From: an uncultured Gammaproteobacteria bacterium | GTDB taxonomy: Bacteria > Myxococcota_A > UBA796 > JAJRTE01 | DNA length: 64,000 bases | NCBI GenBank assembly: GCA_964418585.1 | Contig: CAYQMG010000089.1 | Span: 95,185 to 159,184 of the forward strand | Reading direction: 5' to 3' | In this document: positions 39,745 to 52,874 of the stretch, in pieces | How positions within the stretch are numbered: the first letter of the stretch is position 1 | Layout: each line of letters opens with the position of its first letter | Notes under the pieces: model-generated | The model's database searches: none | What the model was told of the DNA's origin: nothing | What the model saw: the letters and a program-made list of their open reading frames with translations, nothing else | Translations under genes and position numbers: made by a program

Positions 39745-41430
39745 ATGGCGGAGTATTGGGACAGCTTGCGAGATTCCGGGTGGACAGCGGGGGTGCTGTG
39801 TGCGTGGCTGGTCGTGCTCCTGCTACTTCCGGAGGCTGTCGGCGCGGCTTCGACCGGGGGAGGGGACCTGGAGATCATCGACTTGACCGGGGGTAGTGCT
39901 CGAGACCGTGCGGTCCGTAAGCTCGTCCGCATGCTCCCCCGGCGTGGAGTGGTGCTTCCTCCTGACGATACGTTGCTGGATGCGTGTCGTTGGGTGTCGG
40001 AAGAGGATACGCTGGCCTGCGCGGACCTCAAGGAGGTGCTCCTGGAGCGGATCGCCCGGGGCCGATGGGTGGTCGCGCCTCTTGGGCGGACGGTTCTGTT
40101 CGAAACCCTGGTACTTCAAGCCGAGGAGCAGCTCGCCTTCCTCGATCTGGACGGCGCACTGGAGACCGCAGCCTGGGTGCGCGAGTGGCTTCCGTGTGAG
40201 CAATCCCTCCTGTCTCACGAGGACATTGTTCGCTTCTTTCTGGTGACAGCTCTGGCGCACCTGTACCGTGGCGACGACGAGGCGGTCGACGCCTTCTTGC
40301 AGTTGTTGGTTGTGGAACCTGGGTTCCGTCTGCCGGGTGAAGTGCGAACTCGGGAAGCGCAAACCGCGTTGGCCAAGGCGCGGGCGCGGGTGGAGGCTCT
40401 GGAGCGGGTTCGGGTGGTGGTGGCTGACGGGGGTGGTGAGGTGGTCTGGGATGGTCGTGCCCGGACCGAACTCTACCCGGGGAAGCATGTGGCGCAGTTG
40501 AAGGCCGCCCATGGCGAGGTGAGAACGCGCTGGGTGGTGGTGGAGGATCCGGGCGGGGGGAGGTTCGAGGTGGATTTCGGGCTTCCTTCGAGGGAAGAGG
40601 CGCGGGCGCGTCTGGCCCGGCGGGTGGGCCGGGGCGACCTGGGCGAGCCGACTGCGGCCCTGCTCGCCTGGTACATGGGCCGACGGGGGCAGCGGGAGCT
40701 TTTTTTTCTGGCGCGTGATGCATGGACCGGCGAACTCGGCCTGTGGCGTTTCTCGCGAGAAGGAGGGCTTCAGCCGGTCGAGGAAGTGGTGGAAAAGGGA
40801 TTGCCGGGCACCGAGCTGACTCCTGGCGGCGAGGCCGGGCAACGGACAGCTTCTTCCTGGCGGATCGGTCTCGAGGCAGGAGCCGTGGCCCTTCTGGGCG
40901 GGGGGGTGGCCTTCCTGGCGGCCGACCGGGAGGCAGGGTTCTCCCTGGGGGTGGCCCGGCTGGGACCGCCTGTCACCATTGAGCTTCGGGGGGGATGGCG
41001 CCCCTATCGGATTGCAGCGGGAGCTTCCTCGAGTTCCTGTCCCCCCGCCCCTGGGACCGCGGAAGCAACCGACATCGCAGCGGTGGTCGCTTGCCTCGAG
41101 TCTCGAGCCGTTGCCGAACTGGGGCTGGGCGTTGGTCGTGCCCTGGCGGAGTCCGCTCGGATCCGGTTTGAGCCGGCCCTGTTTCTCGACCTGGCTCGAG
41201 TTCCGAATGTGGTGGTTGCCGACCCCTCCGGGGGACCCGTGTTGGTTGGAGATGCGGTCATGGGCGGGGCTTCTCTCCGATTCCGTTGCACGTTTGCCGT
41301 CTTTCGCAGACCCGGCTCTCCGGAGGTGGGGGTTGACGTTTCCGTTGGGGGGCTGTGGACGACGGCACAGGACCTGAACCTGGTCGCGACCACCGTGGGT
41401 TTGGCGGCGGTCGTGGACGTTCCTTTTTGA
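39745..41430 (+). CDS. Hypothetical secreted protein
   Basis: Track ORF 39664..41430; ATG 39745 (MAEYWDSL...VLCAWLVVLLLLPEAVGAAS) gives a plausible signal peptide; no recognisable domains. Start uncertain. Confidence 0.4.
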   Translation: MAEYWDSLRDSGWTAGVLCAWLVVLLLLPEAVGAASTGGGDLEIIDLTGGSARDRAVRKLVRMLPRRGVVLPPDDTLLDACRWVSEEDTLACADLKEVLLERIARGRWVVAPLGRTVLFETLVLQAEEQLAFLDLDGALETAAWVREWLPCEQSLLSHEDIVRFFLVTALAHLYRGDDEAVDAFLQLLVVEPGFRLPGEVRTREAQTALAKARARVEALERVRVVVADGGGEVVWDGRARTELYPGKHVAQLKAAHGEVRTRWVVVEDPGGGRFEVDFGLPSREEARARLARRVGRGDLGEPTAALLAWYMGRRGQRELFFLARDAWTGELGLWRFSREGGLQPVEEVVEKGLPGTELTPGGEAGQRTASSWRIGLEAGAVALLGGGVAFLAADREAGFSLGVARLGPPVTIELRGGWRPYRIAAGASSSSCPPAPGTAEATDIAAVVACLESRAVAELGLGVGRALAESARIRFEPALFLDLARVPNVVVADPSGGPVLVGDAVMGGASLRFRCTFAVFRRPGSPEVGVDVSVGGLWTTAQDLNLVATTVGLAAVVDVPF

Positions 41431-41437
41431 GCTTTCC

Positions 41438-43501
41438 ATGCGAGCGCACGTCCGACAACGTGGCTACGCCGCCCTTGCCTTGCTTCTGTCTGCATGTGTT
41501 CTGGACCCCGTCCCCCTGTTCGACCAGGACCGGGACGGCCTGCCCCTTGCCGAGGATTGCGACGATCAAGACCCGACCGTGGGCACCCGGTACCTGGACC
41601 AGGACGGTGACGGCCACGGCGACCAGAACGCCCGTCTCGAGTGCTCTCCTTCCTCGAGCGCCCTGGTGGCGGACGACTGCAACGACCAGGATCCGGCTGT
41701 GTACCCGGCTGCCGAGGAGGTGTGCAACGGTGTGGACGACGATTGTGACGGGCTCGTGGACGAGTCTCTGACGTTCGAGACCCTGTACCTGGACGAGGAC
41801 GGCGATGGGCACGGCGATCCGGAAACCGGCATCGAGACCTGTGGCGCTGTCGGTGATCGGGTCGAGGATGGAACCGACTGCGACGACGGTGATCCACTGG
41901 TGTACCCCGGTGCCGAGGAGGTGTGCAACGGAGTGGACGATGACTGTGACGGCAGGACCGACGAGGGCGTGATCGAGACCTACTATCCGGACGCGGACGG
42001 AGACGGATACGGGAAGGAAGGCGGGAGGCCCGTTCCGGCCTGTGCGCCGCCCGCAGGCCATGTCCAGGACGCCAGCGACTGCGACGATGCGTCGCCCACC
42101 ACCTATCCTGGGGCGGAGGAAGTGTGCAACGGTGTGGACGACGACTGCGACGGGGTGGTGGACGAGGAAGGAACCAGCGTTTACTACCAGGACCTCGATG
42201 GGGACGGTTATGGCGATCCCAACGTTTCAGTAGCCGCCTGTGACACTCCGTCTGGGTTCGTCTCCGACGCAAGCGATTGTGACGACACCCGGGCACTGGC
42301 ATATCCCGGCGCCAGCGAGACCTGCAACGATGCCGACGACGACTGCGACGGGTACGAGGATGAAGATGTGGCCATCGTGGCGGTTTCCGGGGGTATTTTC
42401 CACACGCTGGCGCTCTGCTCCGACGGAACCGTGTGGGCCTGGGGCAACAACGACCAGGGTCAGCTTGGGGACGGGACCCGGGAGGACCGTTCCTGGCCGG
42501 GTCGGGTGGAAGGATTGGACCACGTGGTGGCTGTAGCCGCGGGGGGGTACCATTCCCTGGCCTTGCGGCGAACCGATCAGGGGGAGACGTCGGTTTGGGC
42601 CTGGGGAAGCAACGATCACGGACAGATCGGGGAGGGGTGGGGTGAAGCAGCCGCCTATCCCGTCGAGTTGGAAGGTCTGGACGGCGTGGAAGCGGTGGCT
42701 GCCGGCGATGGATTCAGTCTGGTCTTGCGTACTCGAGCAGCCGGTGGCGCAGGTGAGGTTTGGGGTTGGGGGCGGAACGACCGCGGTCAACTCGGGGATG
42801 GAACCGGGCGGGATCAGGCTGCCCCGGTGCTGGTGGAGGGGCTTGTCGGCGTCGCCCGTATCCGTGCTGGGTCGGTTCACGTGCTGGCGCTCACCGGGCC
42901 GGACTCGGCTTTGCCGGGCCGAGTTTGGGCCTGGGGAGGGAACGATCACGGGCAAGTGGGCGATGGCACGGCCGAGGACCGGTGGCAGCCCGTCCAGGTT
43001 TCCGGTCCGGAGGGGGTGCTGTCGCTTGCCGCCGGGGGAGAACACAGTCTGGCCGTTGCGGGCGGGGAGGGGGATGGCGGCGTGTTGTGGGCCTGGGGGG
43101 ACAACACCTACGGTCAGCTCGGCGATGGGACCACGGTGGCGCGTCTCCGGCCGGCCCGGGTGGAAGGCGTCTCGCCTTTCCTGTTCGTCGCAGCAGGCTA
43201 CCACCATTCGCTCGGAATCGTTCTGGACGATACCGGGGCGACATCCCTCCTGGCCTGGGGGGGCAATAGCGAGGGACAGCTCGGCACCGGGACCACTTCG
43301 AGCAGTGACGTGCCCGTCCCGGTGCTTCTCGATGCGGGCGTGACGGTGCTGGCTGTCGGAGCGGCCCACAGCCTGGCGGTGGCTGACCCTGATGGGGGTG
43401 GGGCCGGGGGTCTGTGGAGTTGGGGAAGCAACGGTTACGGGCAACTGGGAGACGGCACCCGGGAGAACCGGCTCGAGCCGGTGGTCGTTGCTGGAATCTA
43501 G
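41438..43501 (+). CDS. Lipoprotein with tandem Cys-rich putative metal-binding repeats followed by RCC1-like repeats
   Basis: 687 aa; lipobox LLLSAC; about six repeats of CxDxDPxVYPGAEEVCNGVDDDCDG; then repeated WAWGxNxxGQLGDGT units typical of RCC1 beta-propeller blades. Confidence 0.8.
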   Translation: MRAHVRQRGYAALALLLSACVLDPVPLFDQDRDGLPLAEDCDDQDPTVGTRYLDQDGDGHGDQNARLECSPSSSALVADDCNDQDPAVYPAAEEVCNGVDDDCDGLVDESLTFETLYLDEDGDGHGDPETGIETCGAVGDRVEDGTDCDDGDPLVYPGAEEVCNGVDDDCDGRTDEGVIETYYPDADGDGYGKEGGRPVPACAPPAGHVQDASDCDDASPTTYPGAEEVCNGVDDDCDGVVDEEGTSVYYQDLDGDGYGDPNVSVAACDTPSGFVSDASDCDDTRALAYPGASETCNDADDDCDGYEDEDVAIVAVSGGIFHTLALCSDGTVWAWGNNDQGQLGDGTREDRSWPGRVEGLDHVVAVAAGGYHSLALRRTDQGETSVWAWGSNDHGQIGEGWGEAAAYPVELEGLDGVEAVAAGDGFSLVLRTRAAGGAGEVWGWGRNDRGQLGDGTGRDQAAPVLVEGLVGVARIRAGSVHVLALTGPDSALPGRVWAWGGNDHGQVGDGTAEDRWQPVQVSGPEGVLSLAAGGEHSLAVAGGEGDGGVLWAWGDNTYGQLGDGTTVARLRPARVEGVSPFLFVAAGYHHSLGIVLDDTGATSLLAWGGNSEGQLGTGTTSSSDVPVPVLLDAGVTVLAVGAAHSLAVADPDGGGAGGLWSWGSNGYGQLGDGTRENRLEPVVVAGI
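41549..42368 (+). repeat. Tandem coding repeats (Cys-rich CNGxDDDCDG units) within the lipoprotein gene
   Basis: Repeated ...gaggaggtgtgcaacgg(t/a)gtggacga(c/t)ga(c/t)tg(c/t)gacgg... segments; coordinates approximate. Confidence 0.6.
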
Positions 43502-43526
43502 GCTGTCCGTGGGAGGGCTCGCCAGC

Positions 43527-45665
43527 ATGCAAGATACCCCGTCGATGAAACCCGGCCGCCGGTTCGGCCGATACCAACTGCTCGAACCGCTTGGGTCGGG
43601 CGGCATGGCCGATGTCTACAAGGCCGAACTCGAGGGCGTGGGCGGGTTCGGCAAGATCGTGGCCCTGAAAGTGTTCCGGGAGCACCTCTCCAGGGACCCC
43701 CAGTTCGCCCGGACCTTTGTGAGCGAGGCACGCCTCGGCGGGTTCCTCGACCATCCAAACATCATCGCCACGCTCGACTTCGGCCGCCAGGACGGTCGTC
43801 TGTTCATGGCCATGGAGTATGTTCGCGGTATCACGCTCCAGCAGGCGATTCTCGAGCACCGGCGGGCCGGACAACCGCTCCCCGTCCCCCTCGTACTGGA
43901 ACTGTTCCGGCAGGTGTGTGACGCGCTCGAGTACGCCCACGGGGCCACGGACCACGGGGGAAACCCGCTCCGGATGGTGCACCGGGATCTCAAGCCCTCC
44001 AATCTCCTCATCGACCTGCTTGGCACGGTCAAGGTCGCAGACTTCGGCGTGGCCCGGGCCGAGAGCAATGTCGATCAGACCCTGGTGCCGGGAACGCTCA
44101 AGGGCACGGTCCGATACATGTCCCCGGAGCAGGCTCGAGGCGGAACCGATATCGACCGCCGAAGCGACATCTTCGCCCTGGGACTCGTGCTGTACGAGTG
44201 TGTCGCGCTCCGCCCTTGTTACGATGGAACCACGCTCGAGCAAATCCTGGCGCAGGCCCAGGAGGCTCGAGTGGAGGCCCGGCTGGCCGCGCTCCCGGAG
44301 ATTCCTGGTCGAGACGCGGTCCTGGCTGTCCTCGCCCGGGCCGTGGCACGAGACGTGTCCCGTCGCTTTCAAACCTGTGGAGAGATGCGTGCCGCCCTGG
44401 TGGCCGCCCTTCAGCGGTTCGGTCCCCGGCCCGACGTGGCCGCCTGGGTGAAGACACGCACCGGCCTCGTCCCGACCACGCAGGGCCCGCTCGAGGCGAG
44501 GCACCATGCGACCACCGTGGCCCGGCCATTCCCCCCGGCCGGAAACCCACCAGGAGACGAGGTGCTCGAGCCGACCGCGCTCTCTCCTGCGCCCGGGGCC
44601 GGTGCCGCAGGAGACCCGACCGTGCGCGTCGACCCCAACAGGACCGTGGTGAGCAGAAAAAGGGGGTCTCCGGCACAAGCTCGAGAAACGGTGGTGCGTC
44701 CCTATTTTCCAGCGCTTGGTCATCCCACCCGGATTGATCGGCCCTGGACCATGGACAACACCCTCCGGCAGGAGGTGGGGGCCAATCAATCCGCTCTCAC
44801 CCCGACCGCCGGCGTTCCTCCCGCCACACTCCCGGCTGCCCCTCCGCTCGACCCCACGGTTCCGCTGGCTCGCCGAAATGCTCCCGGCAGTGTCGATGTG
44901 TTTCAGAATGCAACCGTTGTCATGGGGGGGCGACGAATGGGGCCGGAAACAGGGGCCGGGCTCCCATCCGACTCCTCCACGGCCGCCTCTGTCTCCCCGG
45001 GAGGGCCTCGCCAGGGCCGTATCAACGAGTCGCGGGGACGCCGGTGGTTCTTTTGGGGCGCCCTTCCACTCGTCCTGGTCGCCCTGCTTTTCTGGGGCCG
45101 CTTTTCCAGTAGGCCGGGCGGTCCGGCACTTCGGGAAACAGGAGGAGCGTCCACCGAGGCCTCGACAGGGTCCGGGCCCGGTGCGTTCCTGGAGGCGGAT
45201 GAGGCTCCGTCCGAAACCCCGGAGGCATTGGAGCCCGGTGATCGTACCGGGCAACCGAGGGGGCCGGAGAGGTCCTCCTTGCATGGCCGGACCGGAACTG
45301 ACCCGAACCAGCGGGCTGTCATCGGCCGCAGTCATCGAACCGAGGGGGCATCGAGCGGATCAACCCGGACCGCGAGCAAGCCGGAGGAACCGGTGCGACC
45401 CCCAGGGCCTGCGCCCGTGCCCGGACCCGGCGCGTCGGGGACCCTCTATCTCTCGTCACGTCCTCCCGCACGGATCACCATCGACGGGCAGGCTGCGGAA
45501 CGTTTTCCCGTCCAGGATCTGCCGGTGGAGCCGGGGGCGCACCGTATCGAGTTTGCCTGGCCTGACAGCACCAGGGACGAGCACGTCGTCCAGGTGGAGG
45601 CTGGTCGAACGGTGCGGTGTGTGGCGGAGCAGGCGTCGGGGCGGATTCGGTGTCGGAGTGATTGA
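43527..45665 (+). CDS. Ser/Thr protein kinase with Pro/Gly-rich linker, TM segment and C-terminal beta-rich domain
   Basis: Track ORF 43392..45665 trimmed to ATG 43527 (MQDTPSMKPGRRFGRYQLLEPLGSGGMADVYKA); Hanks motifs HRDLKPSNLLI, DFGVAR; TM WFFWGALPLVLVALLFW; C-terminal YLSSRPPARITIDGQ...PGAHRIEF looks PEGA-like. Confidence 0.85.
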   Translation: MQDTPSMKPGRRFGRYQLLEPLGSGGMADVYKAELEGVGGFGKIVALKVFREHLSRDPQFARTFVSEARLGGFLDHPNIIATLDFGRQDGRLFMAMEYVRGITLQQAILEHRRAGQPLPVPLVLELFRQVCDALEYAHGATDHGGNPLRMVHRDLKPSNLLIDLLGTVKVADFGVARAESNVDQTLVPGTLKGTVRYMSPEQARGGTDIDRRSDIFALGLVLYECVALRPCYDGTTLEQILAQAQEARVEARLAALPEIPGRDAVLAVLARAVARDVSRRFQTCGEMRAALVAALQRFGPRPDVAAWVKTRTGLVPTTQGPLEARHHATTVARPFPPAGNPPGDEVLEPTALSPAPGAGAAGDPTVRVDPNRTVVSRKRGSPAQARETVVRPYFPALGHPTRIDRPWTMDNTLRQEVGANQSALTPTAGVPPATLPAAPPLDPTVPLARRNAPGSVDVFQNATVVMGGRRMGPETGAGLPSDSSTAASVSPGGPRQGRINESRGRRWFFWGALPLVLVALLFWGRFSSRPGGPALRETGGASTEASTGSGPGAFLEADEAPSETPEALEPGDRTGQPRGPERSSLHGRTGTDPNQRAVIGRSHRTEGASSGSTRTASKPEEPVRPPGPAPVPGPGASGTLYLSSRPPARITIDGQAAERFPVQDLPVEPGAHRIEFAWPDSTRDEHVVQVEAGRTVRCVAEQASGRIRCRSD

Positions 45666-45920
45666 AACATGGTCGGTCAGACCCACAGCGGGCCGTGGGA
45701 AGGACCCGTATGGGTTTCAGGTTCACCCGGGAAATGACAGAATAGACATCGTATGTTGATAGAGTTATAGTATGGTTGCGATTGTTCCGTTCATGGATAC
45801 GCGGAACGCGTGGCTGTCGTTGTCCGCAAGTGGCCGCGTCGGAGTTCGGAAGGAAGTCGTGGCATGCCCCACGGGAGAGTGCTGAACATCATAGCTCCAT
45901 TTCGAGTGAGGAGAAAGAAG

Positions 45921-46175
45921 ATGGAATCGAACGAGTTGAGCGACATTGGGACTCTTGTGCTCACGCTGGTCCGTGCCCTGGTCGATCGGCCGGAAGAGGT
46001 GGTCGTCAATGAAATCGAAGGCTCGCAGGCGACCGTTCTCGAGGTTCGGGTTGCGAAGAGCGACCACGGCAAGCTGGTTGGCAGGCGAGGAAGAACGGCC
46101 AATGCAGTCCGGGAGTTGTTGACCGGATATGGCGGCAAGCGCAACAGGAGGTATCTGCTGGAGATCATCGAGTAG
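45921..46175 (+). CDS. KH-domain RNA-binding protein (UPF0109/YlqC-like), paralog 2
   Basis: Track ORF 45810..46175 trimmed to ATG 45921 with GAGGAG RBS; 84 aa; highly similar to paralog 3. Confidence 0.8.
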   Translation: MESNELSDIGTLVLTLVRALVDRPEEVVVNEIEGSQATVLEVRVAKSDHGKLVGRRGRTANAVRELLTGYGGKRNRRYLLEIIE

Positions 46176-46654
46176 TTCCTACCTGGAATTTCTTTCCACG
46201 AGCAGCGTGTCGCGACCCCCGGGACTTTTGTGGTGCAGGACCGCGGAGGGCTCGGGGCGTGACGTATTGAGGACAGGTCGGTTCGCCCTGGCGGCGGGCT
46301 CGAGGTCTGGGCAAGACCAGGGGGGGGCCGTGCGATTCGGCGCGGGACGAGGTGGTTGTCCTGTCGAGTTCGTTCGATTGGGAGCAGGGGAGAGGTGTGG
46401 CCTGGCGGACCTGCCCAGGGGGAGAGGCGGTTGGGCATCGGATTCCAGAATTCTTTGGCTTTTTGATCGCATGTTCCACTGGATCTCAACTCGAGATCCC
46501 GGTATGGTGTGCCCAGTGCTTGTGTTCAGCCCGCGGCCCTCCGGGAGTCGTCGCCGGTATCCCCGGGTCCTTTGGCCGGCGTCGGACGACTGGAGCGGGA
46601 GGAGGTGCCTGTCGGGATTGACAATCACCCAACGGCCAAAGGAGAACGGAAGCC

Positions 46655-46909
46655 ATGCAAGAGAGAACGCTGAGTGACATTGGAATGTTGATGATGACGC
46701 TGGTTCAGGCCCTGGTAGATCATCCGGGCGAAGTGGTAGTCAATGAAATAGAGGGGACGCAGTCCACGGTGATCGAGGTCCAGGTGGCCAGGTCGGATCA
46801 CGGGAAGCTCATCGGACGGAAGGGTCGTACTGTGGCTGCGATTCGAGAACTTCTTGTGGACATGAGTGGAAAGCGGCGTCGTAGGTTCATGCTTCAGATA
46901 CTGGAATAG
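46655..46909 (+). CDS. KH-domain RNA-binding protein (UPF0109/YlqC-like), paralog 3
   Basis: 84 aa; AAAGGAG RBS; highly similar to paralog 2 (LSDIG.L..TLV.ALVD.P.EVVVNEIEG.Q.TV.EV.VA.SDHGKL.GR.GRT). Confidence 0.8.
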   Translation: MQERTLSDIGMLMMTLVQALVDHPGEVVVNEIEGTQSTVIEVQVARSDHGKLIGRKGRTVAAIRELLVDMSGKRRRRFMLQILE

Positions 46910-47230
46910 TGTCGGTGGCGTCGGGACGGGTCCTGTCCGGTCGGGGAGGCTTCGGCTTGTTCGGGGAGAACCGGGGGTCGGAGGGGGGATGGCGGACGGG
47001 ACGCGGTGCCGGTTGAGACCGGCGCCTGCCCCTTCCGGGCGCCCTCGAGGCGCCCGATTTTCCCTGTCTTTTGCGAACGCCACTGGTTTCGATGTTCGAG
47101 CCGGGTCCTTGCGTTCCATCCTGACAAGAGACGGTATCGGCCACTGCCGCCCGGCAGCAGGTTGCCTCGAGGGGTCTGGGGCGAAAGCTTGCTGATCCAC
47201 GGAGCACTTTCCTTGACAATCGTGGGACGG

Positions 47231-48229
47231 ATGGGTATGAGAGTCTACGGTTTGTCTACCCACCGCCATCACGGGGAGTTGCCGGCCTTGACCAGAGCGG
47301 GAAAGAAGCGCGACAGCCGAACAGGCGACAGCAGCACGACGTTGCTTCCGGCGCCTGCCACGTCTCAGGCAATCGTCGCCCAGGATCTCTTGTCCCGGTA
47401 CATGGCGGAGATACGCAAGTATCCACTCCTCGATGCCAAGGAAGAGCAGAAGCTCACCATGGCCTACAAGGAGACCCGGGATCCCAAGATAGGCTACCGG
47501 CTCATCACGGCCAATCTCAGGCTGGTGGTCAAGATCGCATTTGAATACCGTCGCTCCTGGACCAACGTGCTCGATCTGATCCAGGAAGGCAACATGGGGC
47601 TGGCCCAGGCGCTGGAGAAGTTCGATCCCATGCGCGGGATTCGGTTCACCAGCTATGCCCAGTACTGGATCCGGGCCTACATCCTCCAGTACATCATGAA
47701 CAATATCAGCCTGGTGCGGATTGGAAGCACCCGGTCAGGGCGGAAGCTCTTCTACCAGCTTCAGAAGGAGCGAAAGAAGTTGCTTGCCCAGGGGATCAAT
47801 CCAGCCCCCAAGTTGCTCGCCGAACGGCTCGATGTGCCGGAGGAAGAGGTGGAGTGGGTGAGCGCTCGTATCTCCAACCGTGACATTTCCCTCGACGCTC
47901 CGGTTGGTACCGATTCCGACGGTCGGTCCGTGTCGGAACTTATTTCCGACGAGGACCATGCCGACCCGGAGTCCGAGGTGGGGACCAAGGAGGCGGCTGA
48001 GAAACTCCGGTTGGCCCTCGAGGCCTTTGGAGACACCTTGACCGATGAGCGGGACAAGACCATCTGGACCAGGCGGCTTCTGAGCCAGGACCCGGTCAGC
48101 CTGGCGGAGCTGGGCCAGCAGTTCGGAGTCAGCAAGGAGCGTATTCGACAGCTCGAGGAGCGGCTCAAGAACCGGGCGCGAGCCTTCCTGCTCGATGCAC
48201 TCGGAGACGAGGTGACCATCCAGTTCTGA
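47231..48229 (+). CDS. rpoH: RNA polymerase sigma-32 factor (RpoH family)
   Basis: Sigma70 regions 2-4 (DLIQEGNMGL, FTSYAQYWIRAYI) and RpoH box GRKLFYQLQKERKKL. Start uncertain: track ORF starts at 47006; candidates are ATG 47231/47237, TTG 47342 or ATG 47402. Confidence 0.75.
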   Translation: MGMRVYGLSTHRHHGELPALTRAGKKRDSRTGDSSTTLLPAPATSQAIVAQDLLSRYMAEIRKYPLLDAKEEQKLTMAYKETRDPKIGYRLITANLRLVVKIAFEYRRSWTNVLDLIQEGNMGLAQALEKFDPMRGIRFTSYAQYWIRAYILQYIMNNISLVRIGSTRSGRKLFYQLQKERKKLLAQGINPAPKLLAERLDVPEEEVEWVSARISNRDISLDAPVGTDSDGRSVSELISDEDHADPESEVGTKEAAEKLRLALEAFGDTLTDERDKTIWTRRLLSQDPVSLAELGQQFGVSKERIRQLEERLKNRARAFLLDALGDEVTIQF

Positions 48230-48298
48230 TTCCCGGCCAGGGCCGAATCGGCAGACACGCAAGGCGCTCCATCGACAGGGCGGCCACCACCCTCGCCG

Positions 48299-50065
48299 TC
48301 ACCAGGGCAGCAGGGACACCGCTGGGAGCCGCACCGCTTCCCCTGGAGCAGGCAGGGCGAATGGTCGAGCCCCTTCCCGAGACCAGTGCAGCCACCGATA
48401 CCGCCTGTCCTCCAGGGAGTGGGTGAAACGAAAGGCGACCCGGGCCGGCCGGCCGTCCGAAGTCACCTCCCGCACCGTCGCCTCGAAGTCAGGGCATCTC
48501 ACCGTCTCGCCAGCCTCGAAGGGAGACGCTGGATCGCGCAGCAACCAGTCGATGGGATCTTTGAGAAAACCCGCCTCCGGAGTCAGGACCAGGGTCCGGT
48601 CGTCCTCCCGCAATATCTCCACCTCACGGGAAATACTCGAGAGCAGTCCGATCCGTCGAGGCGCCGGAGCGTCGCCCTCCACCTGCCGGATGATTTGCAA
48701 GTAGGTCACTGGAAACTCCTGCCCGTTTACGAACAGAAACGTCTGCTCCGGGACGGCGGAGTCCGCCGGTGCTGTGCGTGCCCCCAAGGCGAACAGGCTC
48801 CCAAACAGCACCGCAAGGGTCCCTGTCCGGGCAGCGAGTGTCAGGCCTGCCAGGGGGCCGTGGAGGACCAGAAGTCCTCCCAGCAGGGAGCGCCGACCCA
48901 TCCCCCGGCGTCCGTCGGTCCGTTCCGGCCGATACGCCTCGACCAGGGCCATGACCAGGAGGGGGAACGCGCCTATCCCGCAGAAAAGCAACAACCGATC
49001 CATTGGGAAGGCGGCACACAGGGGTATCAAGGACAGAACCATCCCCGTTCCCCAAAATCGGGCTTCCCGCCGCGTGGCCAGGACAGGGTACAGCAGCACC
49101 GCGATCCCCACCGCTGCAGCCACCGATACGACCGTCAACACCGGAACCCACGGCGTCGGCAGCATCAGCACCAGGTCCACCGGAGCCTGCAACCATTGCC
49201 CCGCCATCAGCACGGGCCACCGCTGCACCACCGCCTCGAGGAACCGGAACGGGTGCTGACCGGGGTCGATGTAGAGGCCGGTCGCCGACGTCCCGTAGCC
49301 AAGCCCATCGTAAACCAGGCGCCACAAACCCACCAGCACCCCGTAGGGGACCAGGGCCAGCACCCGGTGCTTCCAGGGGCCGCCGTCCATCGCCAACTGC
49401 CACGCCACCAGGTAGGCTGCCGCTCCAAGCGCTGCCTCCCCGGCAAGCAAACCCACGGTCAACGACACACACGCGCCGCCCAGCCACCACACGCCACGGC
49501 CCGCTCGCCACCGCACGTGACACAGCAAGGCCGTCAGGCCGAGCACACCCGATATCAGCGCGTGCCGGTTCGCCACCCATCCTGCAGGCATCGCGTGCGC
49601 GTCCTCCATCGCAAAAAGTAGCACCGCCACGCCCGCCACCAGGCCCGCTCCGTGCACTCGTTGGTAAACCCGGCCCACCATCCAGATCAACAGCCCGTAC
49701 CAAAAAAGACTGTGCAGGTGGTGCAGCCAGAACGTGTCCCCCCACAGCGCATGATCCAGAAGATGCGTGAGCACGGCGACCGGCCGGAACAGCGATACCT
49801 TCACCCCCCGATCGGCCCACCAGGTCACCAGCCCCGCTTCCATCAGCGGTTCCTGCGCCTCCCCCGACGGCATCAGCGTGAAGAAATCCAAAATCGGTTC
49901 CCTGTCCTGGCCAACCGCTCCCACCCCGAGCAGGATGGCCCGATGATAGTAGTCGTCACCGACCCGGCCCGTCCAGACCGCAGGCAGCGCCAGCACCACC
50001 CCCACGATGACCGCCACCACCGTGGCACGGCGACTGCTCAACATGCCTGTGGTCCACGCTCTCAT
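48299..50065 (-). CDS. Polytopic membrane protein with C-terminal soluble domain (possible GT-C-type glycosyltransferase)
   Basis: Track ORF 48299..50413 trimmed to ATG 50065: the upstream part overlaps clpB on the other strand. Ten or more hydrophobic helices then a ~200-aa hydrophilic C-terminal region. Function not recognised. Confidence 0.45.
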   Translation of the reverse strand: MRAWTTGMLSSRRATVVAVIVGVVLALPAVWTGRVGDDYYHRAILLGVGAVGQDREPILDFFTLMPSGEAQEPLMEAGLVTWWADRGVKVSLFRPVAVLTHLLDHALWGDTFWLHHLHSLFWYGLLIWMVGRVYQRVHGAGLVAGVAVLLFAMEDAHAMPAGWVANRHALISGVLGLTALLCHVRWRAGRGVWWLGGACVSLTVGLLAGEAALGAAAYLVAWQLAMDGGPWKHRVLALVPYGVLVGLWRLVYDGLGYGTSATGLYIDPGQHPFRFLEAVVQRWPVLMAGQWLQAPVDLVLMLPTPWVPVLTVVSVAAAVGIAVLLYPVLATRREARFWGTGMVLSLIPLCAAFPMDRLLLFCGIGAFPLLVMALVEAYRPERTDGRRGMGRRSLLGGLLVLHGPLAGLTLAARTGTLAVLFGSLFALGARTAPADSAVPEQTFLFVNGQEFPVTYLQIIRQVEGDAPAPRRIGLLSSISREVEILREDDRTLVLTPEAGFLKDPIDWLLRDPASPFEAGETVRCPDFEATVREVTSDGRPARVAFRFTHSLEDRRYRWLHWSREGARPFALPAPGEAVRLPAVSLLPW

Positions 50066-50267
50066 GCTTGTCCCCAATCCTTGTGAATCGACCAGCAATT
50101 CGGTCGACTTTTTGCCACGGTACCACGGAACGGGATGGTTGGACAAGGGAGGGCTCGTGACAGGAGCGCTTGACGGAGTTGCGCTGGTGTCTACGTTGAT
50201 AGACGGATACATCAAGACAGACATAACGACACATTGTGATATCAGTGTGCCTGAAAGAGGGGATACG

Positions 50268-52874
<2,607 letters not shown>

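Noticed and set aside
47006-47230. Track start at 47006 for the rpoH ORF
   Set aside because: The N-terminal 75 codons have no sigma-factor homology and would give an over-long RpoH; homology begins near residue 110, and a TTGACA promoter-like element lies inside this extension.
50007-50267. Track start at 50007 for the clpB ORF
   Set aside because: ClpB N-domain homology begins at [13 protein letters not shown] (ATG 50268) with an RBS; the upstream extension overlaps the divergent membrane-protein gene.
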